This document shows, piece after piece, positions 24,101-37,299 of a stretch of 64,000 bases of DNA. Under the pieces are notes generated by a model. The model searched no databases. It was not told the DNA's origin and saw nothing but the letters and a program-made list of their open reading frames with translations. The DNA lies in the NCBI GenBank assembly GCA_001643675.2, contig LSRY02000051.1, positions 248,001 through 312,000 on the forward strand, written 5' to 3'. A program made the translations under genes and the position numbers. The first letter of the stretch is position 1, and each line of letters begins with the position of its first letter. This stretch comes from Monocercomonoides exilis PA203 (taxonomy: Eukaryota; Protista; Preaxostyla).

Positions 24101-27100
24101 AGACGAAGAGAAAGAAGAAGACAACTGCTGCTCATCAGAAGGAATGGCATTGCTGGCAGCATTTGGATGTGGCTTGAACACAAACGACGATGCTTTGTCT
24201 GTTTTGTTGCCATCAGCAGATGACTCTGCAGTTTGTGCTGCTTCCTTTGAAACACTGTTATTATTATTATTATTGATGTTGTTGTTGGCAGATGCAGAAT
24301 ATGCAACAGAGAAGTGTATCATCTGTGCACATGGGGCTGTTTTGTTCTGTTCGTTTGAACCAAAGCTGTTTAATTTGCGTGTAAGTTCCTTGTGCATCTG
24401 TGATGCTGTGTTCTCCTGAAACTCAGTCTCAGACGAAGGAATGGAGAAGAGCGCAGACACATCAGCATCTGAGTCAGAGGACAAAAGAGCACGAATTGAT
24501 GAGGGGGATGTGGGTGCACGGACAATGAGTGGAATAACAAGAGTGTCGCCTGGCTGAAGGATACTGGAAGTAAAGAATGAAGATGGACTGAACTCGACCG
24601 ATGAAGGCAATGCAAAGAAAGGTGAAGCATCCAACTTGGATTTGTCGAAAGGCTGTTCAGAAACATCATCTGAACTTATAAACTGGTTGAATCCCTTTGA
24701 GAGAGAGATACAAGAGATTTGCCCTTTGTTGGATACCATTGGATCAACAGATGCAATATCAGATAGACTGAACATTCCATTCTTTCTGAATGCATTTCCA
24801 CATATTCCAGAAATATCTTCATTGTCGCTCTTATCAGAATTGTTAGAAGAAGATGACGAATTCATCTTCTGACTGGTGGCGAGGAAAGAAGGAGCACACA
24901 ACCCTTGCTGCCTCCACCAGCGTGACCAAGTGTCACGGACAAGTGGATGGAAACTGGCTGGAGATATGAAAGGCAAGGATGATTGGAATGATTGAGATGA
25001 TGTTGGAGAAATAATTTTTTTTGATGATTCAGAATCACCATTTTGATTGAGGACTTGATTCTCTTCTCCATTTGGCGATGGAATGGATGGGAAGAAAGTA
25101 TCTGGCAGTTTGATGTTTATGCTCCGTTCGTCTACAAGCTTCGATTTTGATTTGGATTTTCCCTTTGATTTGCTAGATTTCTTAGCTTTTAACGATTTGC
25201 CCTTTTTCTTCTTTTCTTTCTGAGCATCAACTTTGTCTTCGTTAACTTCGTCAGCTTCATCTTCTTCATTTTGAACTGTTGGCTCAGCATTCTCATTTGC
25301 GGGTTCCTTTGCATCACATTCATCTGCAACTTCTTCAGTTTGTTTTGCATCTTCATCCATTGTATTGTCAACTGTGTCATTTTCTTTCTCATCATTTTTT
25401 CCTTCAACTTTATCATTCTTTTCTATTTCTCCTTTTTCATCCTTTACACCCTTCGATTTCTCCGAGTCTCCGTCGCCTCTGATGAGCCATGCACTGAATG
25501 GATCAAGCATACAGCACATGGAAGCATCGTGCATAACCACAATCCCTTCTGCAGGTGCTGTCCCGCTGTTGTATATCACCAGACACTGCTGATCAGAGGT
25601 CGAGCCAGCAGGAAGCAGCAGATGCCGAAGAGGGTTTCTGATTCCATTCACAGACAACAAATCCACTGACGATGCAGACGAAGCCAGCTTGATAGCTTTG
25701 TTGACTGATGAACTGCTGACAACAGCTGTGCTCAGCTGTGGCTGTACGGCAATCACTCGAACAACCTGCCTCCGATCAGCTGCACGCACCATTGAAATTC
25801 TGTGTGTCTTGCTCGCATGCAGACGGGTGCCAGCCAATTTCAGTGTTGCGTGGCATCGAAGAGAATACTTTGCTTGTGCAGTTGCAAAGGATGAGTCTGC
25901 CCCCTTAACCTGTATCTGAGCTTTCCCTTCTCCTTCATTTGAACGAGTGGCTGTTGATTGTATAGCATACTTCGCTACTGGAAGAGGTGGAGGCGGTGGA
26001 GGTGGAGGAGGAGCAGGCTGCCTGCTGAATGTGTCAATCAGCTTCCATCCGATGCCAGTGATTGTAAGTGTACCAGATGCCAATGGAATGACACTGAATC
26101 CAAACTGCTGCGAAGAAAAAGGGGGGATTGAAGTGTTGTGAGAGGTGGAATAAACGAATGGAGTTGAGTCATTCACAAATGTCTTCACGTTGGCTGAATC
26201 AACAATGTTCTGCCACGACAAATGGCGCAGCTGAAAGAGTCCAGCTATTCTGTTCAGAAACGATGAGGAGCTAGCAGACGCAGAAGCAGACGAAGAACGG
26301 GAAATCGACTGAGAAGCAGCGGCAAACGAGAACTGGGCGTCTTTTGGAGGAGCGGATGCTTGGTTCACCAAAACATGGAATGGATCACGTTTCTGCCTCT
26401 TGATAACTTTCTTTGCCAGTTTCTGTGCTTCTTCGAGTGTTGTATTGTCTTCTTTCTCGAACTCAAACGTGAGATGAACGTCTTTCAGCTTCAGAGGCAG
26501 TCCAATCGGATTGACCAGCGAGATAAACACAAACATCTCCTCACCCGCCACAACTGTCTTTACCACCTCTTCCTCCCTCGTCTTCGCATTGCTTGCCATC
26601 TGCGCCCTGATCCCTTCAATTGCCATCTGCCGCTGCTGATCCTCGCTCGGCCTGCCTGTCTGGCTGTCTGGGCTGACAGAGGCAACAGGATCAGGCACCA
26701 GTCCTTCCTCTCCATCAGAATCACCACCGGAACGATCGAGCTGTGCTGTTAGCGATGAATGCTTGGACACTTCGGTGGGAATGCTGCTGGACTTCATCAG
26801 AGCTTCTTTCAACTTCTCTGCTTTTGTCTGAGGAAGATTGAAGGAATTTCTTTCTTTTTGCTCTTCTTTTGCTATCTTCTTTGCTGCATCGTCCACATCC
26901 TGCCACTCACTCAGCAGAAGAGAAGATGCAACAGAAAGCTCTTTTGATGAAAGTGTTGCCTTCACAGCACTCGGCGCTGACTGCGACAGTGCCAGAGACG
27001 ATGACATTGAAGATGAAGCAACATATGGCAGCTTTGCTGGAGATGGGTTTCCAGTGATTGACGAATGGAATGAAGGAATAAGACGGGCAGAAGATCCTCC

Positions 27101-30100
27101 ACTGCTCACTCCACTTCCTCCTCCTCCCCCGCCACTGCTGCCACTAAAGACAGAATACGCATATTCATCGCCAGCACATCTGTGCAGCTCAGAGTCTCTC
27201 TGACACAACAGCCGCAGCATCTGTGGGGTTGTCACAGAGAATGATGACTCATCGATGAATGGGAAAGGCAGGCCACGTCGAGTGAATGGATGGATGGGAG
27301 TGCGAAAGAAGGAAGTGAATGGCTCATTGCCTGGCTGTGGATGCTCACACATCAGTTGAGCAAACATCTGTTTGTCTGACTGTTCTTCTTTCTTCACTTC
27401 ACTTTTATCACCTTCATCATCATCGGCTGTATTTGGCAGAAGCATCTTGTGCTTTTGTGCCTCCAAATGCATTTCTCTATGCTCGTCACCCAATTTGCAT
27501 GCTCTGAAGAAGTTGCTCAGAATGTCACTCACAACATTCGGACGCAGAGCACTTGGCGGAAGAGACAGAATGGCAAAGAAGACACACTCAGCAATACCTG
27601 CATTGCCAGCTGGATTCGACGGATGTGCAGAAGAAGAGGAGGAAGATGGAGAAGCAGTTGGCAGACGAAGGAGAAGCGAGGCGAGGTGCGCTAAGATGGT
27701 CAGGCGCTGGTCGTGCCAGGAAGAGAAGGAGAAAGAAAGAGGGGGCATCAGAGAGAGAAGAGGGGAAGGGGATAAAGAGGAGCCTGATCGCTCGTCATAA
27801 AAGACAGAAGGAGGAAAGAAGAAAGGAGATAGTGTGTTGAGTACAATGATGTCCCCCGAGTCAGACGAAGGCAGAGAAAAATGCATTGGCGAAGAGGAGG
27901 ACATTCCAGAAGGAGAACTGGCAGACATGGAAGGAGAGAAGGAAGCATGTGCCAGACGAGGAGAGGCAGAAAGTGAATTCGACACGAGAGAGAATGAACC
28001 AATAGGCATAATTGCAGGCGACGATATTCTCATCTGTGCAGGAGAGTCATAAGCAGGAGAAGGAGAAGGAGACGACAGGCCATCGCCTCTGTCTGCTGCT
28101 GTATTTGGGCTGGAGACAGACAGGTTAGGTGAAGAGGAGACAGGAGAAGTGGTCAGAAGAGAAGAAGACTGAAGAAGCTTCTTGCGCTGCATGTGCATCT
28201 CGCTCTGGTGCATGAGGAGGAGGAAAAGAGAATGCATTGAGTGCAGAAGGAGCTTCTTCTTCTTGTACAGCACAGCTACATTCACCATCGTCGTTGCAAA
28301 GCATCTTTTCTGCCTCATCTGCAGTGCCAGCTGCTCCATTATCACGACTGACCTAACTGAAGAGAACGATGATGAAGACACAAGAGAAGGTGCAGCAAAG
28401 GAAGGGTTGGGCTTCGATGTGTATGAGAGTGTGAGGGTGGTCAAGGCAGGTGCAGCGACCGTGCTGGCTATTTTTGTGGAGGTGCTTTCCATTCGGAGGG
28501 CGCTGTTGATCATCTGAATGGTGCGCTGCCTGTTGATCATCCGCAGCTCGCGGGCGAGAAACATTGAGAAGTAGCAGCAGATGTGCTGAAGAGCGTGCGG
28601 CACACAGAAGCGCTGTGAGTGGACAGCAATGGTTGATGCCATCTGGCTGCCAGAAGATGCAAACAGCGGAAACAGCCGTGTGGCCTCAGAATGATAGTAT
28701 GTGACTGCACTCCCTATGCGCTCAGCTATGTTGTTCAGCTTCCGCTCGATCTCTCTTTCCATCGCCTCTTTCTGTGCAGCTGTGATGGCACCGGGGGAAG
28801 AAGGCGCGCCTGGTGGGAGTGTTGTCATAGATGCCTGTGCGAGCATGGGGAGATGCACATTCAGGTGCAGCTGGCACCACGCCACCATAATCTTTGCCCA
28901 GTGCATGTGGTGCAGCAGACGGGCATCCTGCAGATCACGTTCGAGTGACTGGTAGAGCGTCAGGGCAGAAGGGAGTGCTCCAAGAAGAAGCACAAGGTCT
29001 GCTTGGCGTATGCGGAGATACTCGAAGGAGGTTGCGGAGATGCTGGTAATCATTCAAAATTATAAAAATTATAAAAATTATAGTTACATAAGAAATAGTC
29101 ACATAAGATATATCAATGATAATTACAATAAATAAATAAATAAATAAATAATACTAATAAGATCAGACCATGTAGTTCCGTCAGGGTATTTGTTCATCTT
29201 CCTCTCTGTTCCAAACAGCCCACCCCATCTGGCACTCCCACTGCCTGGCCCGCCGCCTTGTTTCACGTCTCTCTTCACTCTGTTCTGTTCTGTGCAGACA
29301 TAAGGCAGAAAGAACAGCGCAAGCAGCTGCAGCATCAGCTGCTCAACATCATTCAGATTCTGCACAGACAGATAAAGTCCCTTTGCAGATGGCTTGGCAG
29401 ACGAAGAAGAGGACGACAAATTTGTGTATGAGCCATATGCACCACGTGGAGAGTATATCGACGCCACAACAGGCAGCGGCGTGAGCGAAGGAAGCTCGCC
29501 TCCCATGAGAACTGACTGCGACGGTGGGAGCGTTGGGAATGTGAGTCTGTCGCTCTGAAAGCGGTTGATCTTGTTGTGTATTGGGGCAGGCTCCAGCTGA
29601 GCCATGAGCATCTGCTGCGGAGAGAGCACATTGTGTGCATTTCCCCCACTCACGGCAGTTGTCACGCCGGTGCCTTCCTGCTGCTTCGACGGCAGCGCCC
29701 CGACGAAGAAGAGCGGAGTGGCTGAGTGCAGCCCGCTTGACAGGACAGTCGAGACAAAATTGGGAAACTGCTCGCGAAGCAGCTGCTTCTGCTTGGAAAT
29801 GGCAGAAATGGCAGATGTGGCTTTTGTTGGTGCTTTGCGACGGCTGATGTCAAAATGTTCTGGAAGAGAAGGAGGAAAAGAAGGAGAAGGATTTCGTTTG
29901 GGAGATGTTGGAATGTCATTTGAGAGTAAATTGATGCCATCTGAAAAGAGGCCACTTGAAGAGCTCGATTTATTGCTGATGTTAGCAACACTCAGCATTG
30001 TTGCAGAAGAAGAAGAGGAAGAGGAAGAAGCAGAAGAAGCAGAAGATTGAGCTGACATTATTGACAGTGCTGTCTGAGAATGTGTCTGCTCTTCCAATGG

Positions 30101-31477
30101 ATTTGACAGAGGATCCACATTAGACAGCGCGGTGAAGGTGATTTTGGGAGAAGACATTGGAGTTGTGTCTGAAGGTGCTGGTTGTTGTGATGCGTCTGCT
30201 GAAGACGATGTGTTTTGCGAGACAGTTGTTTGATTTTCAACCTTTTGAATATGTTCATCAAACATTTCTTTGTTTTCTTTCTTTTTTGGTTGAGCAGCTG
30301 ATTCTTCAGCTCTTTCATCAAAGTTCTTTTCTTTTTCTTGCATTGTCGCAGAGTCTTTGGTGCTTTGTTGTTCTGATGCTTTGTCTCTTTGTTCCTTTTG
30401 CTCTCTTCTCTCTCTTTCGCTTTTCATCTTCTCGTGTTGTATTTTCCATTCTGTTTCCCGACTGTTTATTTCAACACAGAACACATGCATCTTCAGCTCA
30501 GACGCCACAAGTGCAAGAAGATAATCGATATCTACCTGCTTTTGCGGATCTCGCTCGTTGTTTTCTTCCACAGAATGAAGAAGCACAAGAACAATTGGCG
30601 TATTTGGATGAGAAAAACAGTGGGTCAAGGACTGTGGAAGAGCAGTCTGAAAATAAAATTTTGTATAAATTGCAAACAAACATAATGGAGGAATTAATTG
30701 TTTGTTAAAAAAAATATGTGTGTCAATAAGAATAGCAAACATTCATTCGTTGAAGCAATTTGCGAAAGGTGCCTATTACATCATCTTCCAAGGTGCTAAC
30801 AACAGCAATTGTACCAATTGGATGATAAATGGAAGTGTAATTTGTCATAAACGCAGCCCTTTGTATTATTTTCATGATTTCACTAAACCAAGGAGTTTTA
30901 ACATGATTGAAAAATGGAAGTAAATGCTGAACAGAAGATGTCGAAGCACCATCAAGAGTTGATAAAGAAGTGCAAAAAGCTGGAATATCTGAGATAAGAG
31001 GCGGTAACGATGGGTGATTTGATCGCATGCATTCCATTAAAGCTTCTTCAATTGAATTCATCTGAAAATGCAAAAAATAAATGATAAATACATGAAAATT
31101 TTTTGAATATACATACAGATTCCATTTGTTTAAGTTCCAATAGTGTCACAAATTGGACCTTAAATTCTTTAACTGTAAACTGTTTCTCTTCTGCTGTCAT
31201 AATTTCAACTTAACATTCAACAAACGTTTGTGACAAAATAATATAATATTTAAAATGTGAATTGTGACGTTTAAAGAAAGAGAGAATATAGATTATAAAT
31301 TCAATAATTCAAAACAAAAATACCATTTGTTTGTAGAATCGTAAAAGGGTCAAAAAGCTCTTTTACAGAAAGGTTATTTTTCGTACAAAGATCTTCTGCA
31401 AGCTGCGATGAAAGAAGAAGTACCTGAGGCACAGGACGCAATCCAAATACATCTGTTGCATCCCAGAAATCTCCCAT
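19072..31477 (-). CDS. TRAPPC8: TRAPP III-specific subunit TRAPPC8/Trs85, expanded to ~3,900 aa by low-complexity inserts
   Basis: The first exon (ATG 31477, absent from the ORF track) reads PVPQVLLLSSQLAEDLCTKNNLSVKELFDPF. It is followed by TPWFSEI..HPIGTIAVVST, VLVLLHSV, GLYLSVQNLNDVEQLM..LPYV, IRQADLVLLLG..YQSLERDL and VVAGEEMFVFISLVNPIGLPLKL, all collinear with TRAPPC8 blocks. The last exon ends at TAA 19072. Confidence 0.85.
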
Positions 31478-31618
31478 AGAAACAAAATGTTACAAAGGTC
31501 TTTATTGTTTAAGAAAACAACAAGGAAACAAGAAAATTGATCTTTGTCTATCTGATTAAGGTTATTTTTGGTCAAATTGAAAAAATGCGGTTAAGTTGAT
31601 CAATTTCAAAAAATTTTT

Positions 31619-34339
31619 ATGACGGAAATACCAACGTTAGAAAGTGTTTTATCGCTTGTTGATTCTCCATCTTACAGCGAAGATCTTAGAGCTGGTATTT
31701 TTGCTGGAGTGACAAATCTTTTCAACAAGCCTCCATGGGAACAAGCTTCAACCGTTCTTGGTCAAAATTTAACTCCAGAGCGTACAAAGCAGATGATATT
31801 CGCGCCAGTTGCTCAAGACATGCTATTTTACCCTATATTAATATCATCTCCACCAGGAAATGATCGTACGCATCCAATGGCTAAGGTTTTATTCATTTTT
31901 GTCTTTAATAATTGTCAGTTAAAGAATTTTTGAAAAAAGACTCAAATACCTTTTATTACAATGTTATATCTTGTTCATTCAAAGAATTGGAATTTGGTGA
32001 GACCTTTTATTGTTGCCGGAGGACTTCGTGTTTTAGTTTGAAATCGCTAAAAATTGAAAGATATTTAGAATATTGCCAAATTTTTTGTTTCATTTAGGTT
32101 TCATTGTTCACATGCCCTGTTGAGCAAATTAGAGGGCAAGCATTGTGTGTTTTCAATTTGTGCTATAATTGAATATTTTGAATGTAAAAATATGTTTTAA
32201 AGAGAAATATTTTTGCAGATTTCGAGTGAGGAAGTATTTGATTGGTTCAGTGATGAAAATGTTCAAAAAGATATGCTCGTTTTAACAAAAATGAGAGATC
32301 TTTGCAACGATGGCATAATTTACAATCTTTTATCCAATGCAAAAAGTGTGTAAATTTTATTAAAATTTTTAATTTGCATGATCGTTTTTATTAATTTTCA
32401 CATTCAATTTGTAGCGCACGCTTCATGGCAGGCACTTCAAGCGCTTGCCTTCTGGGTGTCATTTATCCGTTTTCGGTTTACTCGAAATAGAATACTTCGT
32501 TTTAGGTTTGATTCAAACAATCCTTTTTTTTTTTCAAAAAAATCTGAAATGTGAAAAAAAAAATATATTTAATCATAAAAGCAAAGGATTGCTGAATGCT
32601 ATTAGAGATTGGAAGTCGGGGGATGAAAATGATGACGCAACAAAGAAAGCAGAGGAAGAACTGAGGCGTAACTTATATGAAGACTTCTCACGTTTTCCTC
32701 TTGAAACCACAAATTCCAACGACGAAAAAAAGAAAGATGACATGCAAAGAAAAAAACAGACAGAAAAAACAGATGAAAAATCCACAGAAAGCACAACAAA
32801 TGATTCAAAGAGCGAAGAGCCAGTTACAAAAATCAAAATTGAAGCAGAGCTTGATTTGACCAAAGACCAAGAAAAGATGAAACGAGCAGAAGAGCGAAGG
32901 AAAAGAGCACAGGAGATGAACAAGAAGCAGGATGGACAGCAGGATCATCCATATCCTCCTCCTTCATTCCCAGCTGAATCAACGCTGACTGCTGAGCCAT
33001 TGCCCACTCCGCCTTCTCTAACAAATACACCATCATCATACAAAGAACAAGGTTTGATTGCTATTTTTTCACTAGCATCCTTTGTAATCTATTCGATCAA
33101 TTAATTTTGTATAATTATGCAATTTTATCTTGTTGCATTGAACTTTTTTTCTCATTCATCTTTTTTTTTCTGAATTCTTAAGGAAATAAATTGTTCCAAA
33201 AAGGAAAGCTGGATGATGCACTTGTGATGTACAGCAGAGGATTGGAAGTGTCTCCGATTCATCCTTATGTCCTCAGCTGCGAAATGCCTCCTTTCCCTTC
33301 ACTCGACAAAAGCAAGCAATATCCATATCAACAGAAAGATACTCCTGAGGTTGATGACTCTGCATCATCAAGTCAATCTGCTTCAGCTTCAGCTTCTTCT
33401 TCCTCTTCCTCTTCCTCTTCCTCAAGCACATCATCGAAGCAACCTTCTTCTCAGTACAGCATCGCCAATCAGCCGCTTTCGTCAGTGAAGTCTGTGTTCT
33501 CTGAGGCTGGTGTGTCCACATATCTCTCGCTTCGCCTCAACAGATCGCTCTGTCTTCTGCAGCTGTCGATGCGGCAGAGCATCATGTCAACCACCGAGCA
33601 AGATGCATTTGACAGGGCTCTTCTGAATGTCGTGGAAGACACCACAGTTGTGCTCACTATCGACCCTTCAAACGCCAAAGCGTGGTATCGGAGGGCAAAG
33701 GCATTTCATCTTCTGCAGATGGATGAAGGTTTGACTGGTCGTTTTTTTTTAACATTTTTATAGTTATGTTGTTTGTTGTTTATATGAATTGACGCATGCA
33801 GAAGCTTATCGGGATATAAGGAAAGCGCATGAACTTGGAGAAAGCGAGGAAATCGATCAGCTTTTAAAGCAGATTGAGGGAGATATTCACAGAACTAGAC
33901 ATCCAGAAGAGCATGGTTTGGTTGTCATTGATTGTCTTTAATTTGTAAGAATATTGTTTTTGTCTTATTTGACTTGCATCACACATATTTCCCTTGGACT
34001 TGTCTTTTTTGTGCTTTTTCTTTTCCAGAGCCCGCAACTGTTGGGCTGACGTTTGATCCAAGCAATCCATCAAATCCATTCACACAGCTCACAGAAAAGG
34101 AAAGGAGAGAACGAGAAGAGAGAGCCAGGCAAAAGAGTGGCATATCAGCTGACGAAGACGATGCTGAAACAGCATCCAAAATAGAAAACAGGTTTTCGGA
34201 GCAAACTTCTGTGCAGCAAAAGACAGGAAGACAAAAGGCAACAATTGAGGAGATAAGCGACGAGGAATACGAAAAGGAAAAGGCTGAAGAAGAGAAAAAG
34301 AACAAAGAAAAAGAACTTTTAAAAAGCAAAGTGAGCTGA
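31619..34339 (+). CDS. TPR-domain protein (carboxylate-clamp-like, co-chaperone type) with an N-terminal ARM-like region; multi-exon
   Basis: KEQ|GNKLFQKGKLDDALVMYSRGL, LRLNRSLCLLQL, IDPSNAKAWYRRAKAF and a C-terminal ATIEEISDEE. The N-terminal exons include RPFIVAGGLRVLVSLF. Confidence 0.75.
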
Positions 34340-34858
34340 TTGTTCGATGCTGTTGAGTTCTATTATTCAACAAAATATGAGGATGCTGTTGCAAAAATGG
34401 AAGCTCACTTGAAAGATTTCATTTGACACGTGTATTTCTGTTGAATTTTCAAGATAACCATTCGTTATTCTCAACTTTTGCATTTGATTAGTTGATTTTC
34501 GTTGCTATTTTATAAGCTTTAAAAATTATTGTGGTGAACACAGTCAGTTGCAATCAAATGAGCGGTGTTGAATGCTTTGCTTGTTTCATTCAATTAAGAA
34601 CAACACTAAAATATTTGGATAAAATAAGCGAAATTTTCTGACTAATAAACAATTGAATGAAAAAATAGCATATAACTAAAACATTGATGTGGATGGGGTC
34701 AGCAATTCTCAAAACAAAAAACGATGATAAGAAATCTCCTAAAAACGCAATGAAAAAGCAAGGGAAAAATCATTTGAATATGAAATTACAATCGAAATGT
34801 AGAAAAAAGCAAAGATCAGAAATAACAGCAATTGTGATTTGAATTTCACTCGATAACT

Positions 34859-35811
34859 CTAACACGAGCAAGTTCCAGAGTTGGATGATGCCTCGTTGTC
34901 ATCAGGAACTATAGGCAGAGCAATAAAAACATATTAAAACAAAAATTAATTTCATTAAAAAATTAAAGAAAAGTAAATCTATTAGAAAACCTATTGGCTC
35001 TGGAGCAGGATCAATCGGAATTGGATCGGTTGCCGCGCTTTGAACAAAGTTGGTATAAATTTCTAAATTATCATTTGCGAATCAAAATGTATTTTGCAAT
35101 ATAAATTGCACTACGTTCAATAAAGTTCATACCATGAACAATAGCTTGAAATGCAATTTCAACATTCGTTGATTGCAGCGCAGATGCTTCAATAAAAAAT
35201 AGTGAGTTACGAACAGCAAATGCTTTTGCTTCTTCAGCTTGAACCACTCGCATATGTTTCAGGTCGGATTTATTCCCAACAAGCATTATAACAACGTGAG
35301 GATCAGCGTGTTCGCGTATTTCCTTCAGCCAACGCTCAACATGTTCAAACGTTTGCCTTTTTGTTATGTCGTAAACCAAAAGTGCACCAAGCGCCCCGTG
35401 ATAGTATCTAGAACATTCAAAAATAGTGGCTACAGAAAAACAAAAAATGTTAATTTTTTTGCATACGCATTTGTAACAGATACGAATCTATCTTGACCGG
35501 CTGTATCCCAAATTTGAGCCATGATCTTTTTGTCTCCAATTTGCACGAGTCGATTCGCAAATTCCACTCCAACTGTCATTTTTGATTCAAGATTAAACTC
35601 GTTTCTGGTGTATCGAAGAAGAAGATTTGACTTTCTAAATTCCACAAAAAAGCATCAAATCATCAACTAATTTAAAAAAGAAGTCATTCAAACCCAACTC
35701 CAGAATCTCCACTAAGGACAATCTGGGAATTAAATATTTGCCAAATCCACTTATTTTGAAAGCAAGAATTACGAATCAAACTTTGAAAAAGAAATCATGA
35801 TCACTTGCCAT
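34859..35811 (-). CDS. RAB11: Rab11-family GTPase (divergent); 6 exons; C-terminal CXC
   Basis: HDFFFK|[10 protein letters not shown]|[79 protein letters not shown]. Confidence 0.9.
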
Positions 35812-35951
35812 TTGCAGTTAATTACAATACTCAATATAAATATAAAAATTGAGCTCTTAGGCCCTGGTAAATGTATTAAAAGATCTATTAAAATATTAAA
35901 ATGTAATTTTCGATCAAAAGCAAATAGCGGTTGTGGTTTATTGCTTCATTT

Positions 35952-37019
35952 ATGAGCATAAACCAAAAGGCTTTCGTTTCTGGGTTTGAAGATGATGATG
36001 AAGATTCTTATTATTTGCCTGGAACTACGGAATCAGAAATATTCGATGAAAAAGAGTTTGATGAAGAAATAAATGAAAGTGAATTACTTGATGTTGTTAC
36101 AAACTTGTGGAATGAATATGCTGATATATTTACAGTTGGTTGTGTTCCTTCAAAGCACAAACTGGAGTCAATTCCGTTTTCTCAATCGTTATCATCTGTT
36201 AATAATTATTTCCTTGAATTTTTTGAAAAGCAAAAGAAACATTTGTCGTCAGTTGAAAAATATTTTCCCCAGTGCGCTTCATTATTGCAACAAAGAGTTT
36301 ATACAATTCATATTCAAAAAGAACTCCAAACAGAAAATCTTTCAAAAGAACAACATTCAATGGAATTGGTGCACAAGAACGTTCAATTGCCAACTCTCGA
36401 TTTGCTTGTTCCTTCACAATCTGTCACTAAACTAATCCTTTATTTACAGATGAAGTTTCAGGACTTGAAGTCCACAAATGGTGATATCTATTTATTTCAA
36501 TCCTCAGATGCTTTTGGTAATATTTCTTCAGTTATACCAACTGGAGTGAAACGCACAGCAACCTCAGAAGGATTTGATGTCATTACATGCTTTGATGGAG
36601 AAGATGATTGCTCGGTTGGAAAGGCAACATTTGAGCAAAGAATTACTTCTTCGGCATGGCAAAGATGGAAAGAAAAAGTATTTGACACCTTATTGCATTG
36701 GCGTCAATGCTTTTATTTTGAAGGTGACGAAGAACTTCAGAAATCCTCGTTACTTGATGAAATGTTTATTTATGAAAATTCAGCTGAAGAAAAACAAGAT
36801 GAAAGCGACGAAGCACAACTTTCTTCATCATCTTCAATTCCTTCATCTTCTTCACCTGTTTCAAGTGATTGCTCAACTCTATCAAATATGATTGATCAGA
36901 TATACTCAACATACTCGCTGGTAACTATTGTTTCTCTACAACCCTCGTTGATTCCACTGGACAAAATTTTAAATTCTTTAAATTCTTTTTATTCAGCTCA
37001 AGTTAGTAAAAAAGAATAA
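35952..37019 (+). CDS. Intronless protein of unknown function (~355 aa, acidic N-terminus)
   Basis: Long ORF in AT-rich DNA, arranged head-to-head with Rab11. I recognise no motif. Confidence 0.65.
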   Translation: MSINQKAFVSGFEDDDEDSYYLPGTTESEIFDEKEFDEEINESELLDVVTNLWNEYADIFTVGCVPSKHKLESIPFSQSLSSVNNYFLEFFEKQKKHLSSVEKYFPQCASLLQQRVYTIHIQKELQTENLSKEQHSMELVHKNVQLPTLDLLVPSQSVTKLILYLQMKFQDLKSTNGDIYLFQSSDAFGNISSVIPTGVKRTATSEGFDVITCFDGEDDCSVGKATFEQRITSSAWQRWKEKVFDTLLHWRQCFYFEGDEELQKSSLLDEMFIYENSAEEKQDESDEAQLSSSSSIPSSSSPVSSDCSTLSNMIDQIYSTYSLVTIVSLQPSLIPLDKILNSLNSFYSAQVSKKE

Positions 37020-37299
37020 AAGTGAATTGTAACAGCTTAACCATTTAATATCAATTTCATAAAGAACTCATGTTTATCGCTTTTGTTGAATGTTGCCAAT
37101 AGCGCTTTTTGAAGGTGTCCCAGAATTATTTATTGAAAAGTCATTTGTTATGAAAATTTTAAATCGTTGATTGAAATCTTTAATTCAGACTAAAAATTTA
37201 GCATTTTTTTTTTTCAAGTAACTGACATAAAGGTTGAAATGAATACAGCTTTAGCAAAGAAAAACAAAAAGAAGGCGAGTATAAAAACATCCAAATATC

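Noticed and set aside
9823-30708. Dozens of overlapping or antisense ORFs (e.g. 12747-13790, 15502-16206)
   Set aside because: These are shadows of low-complexity trinucleotide coding sequence that lacks stops in other frames.
31363-31575. GC-richer patch first suspected to be an ncRNA, a TGA-readthrough ORF or the listed 70-aa ORF
   Set aside because: In another minus-strand frame it is the first coding exon of TRAPPC8 (ATG 31477).
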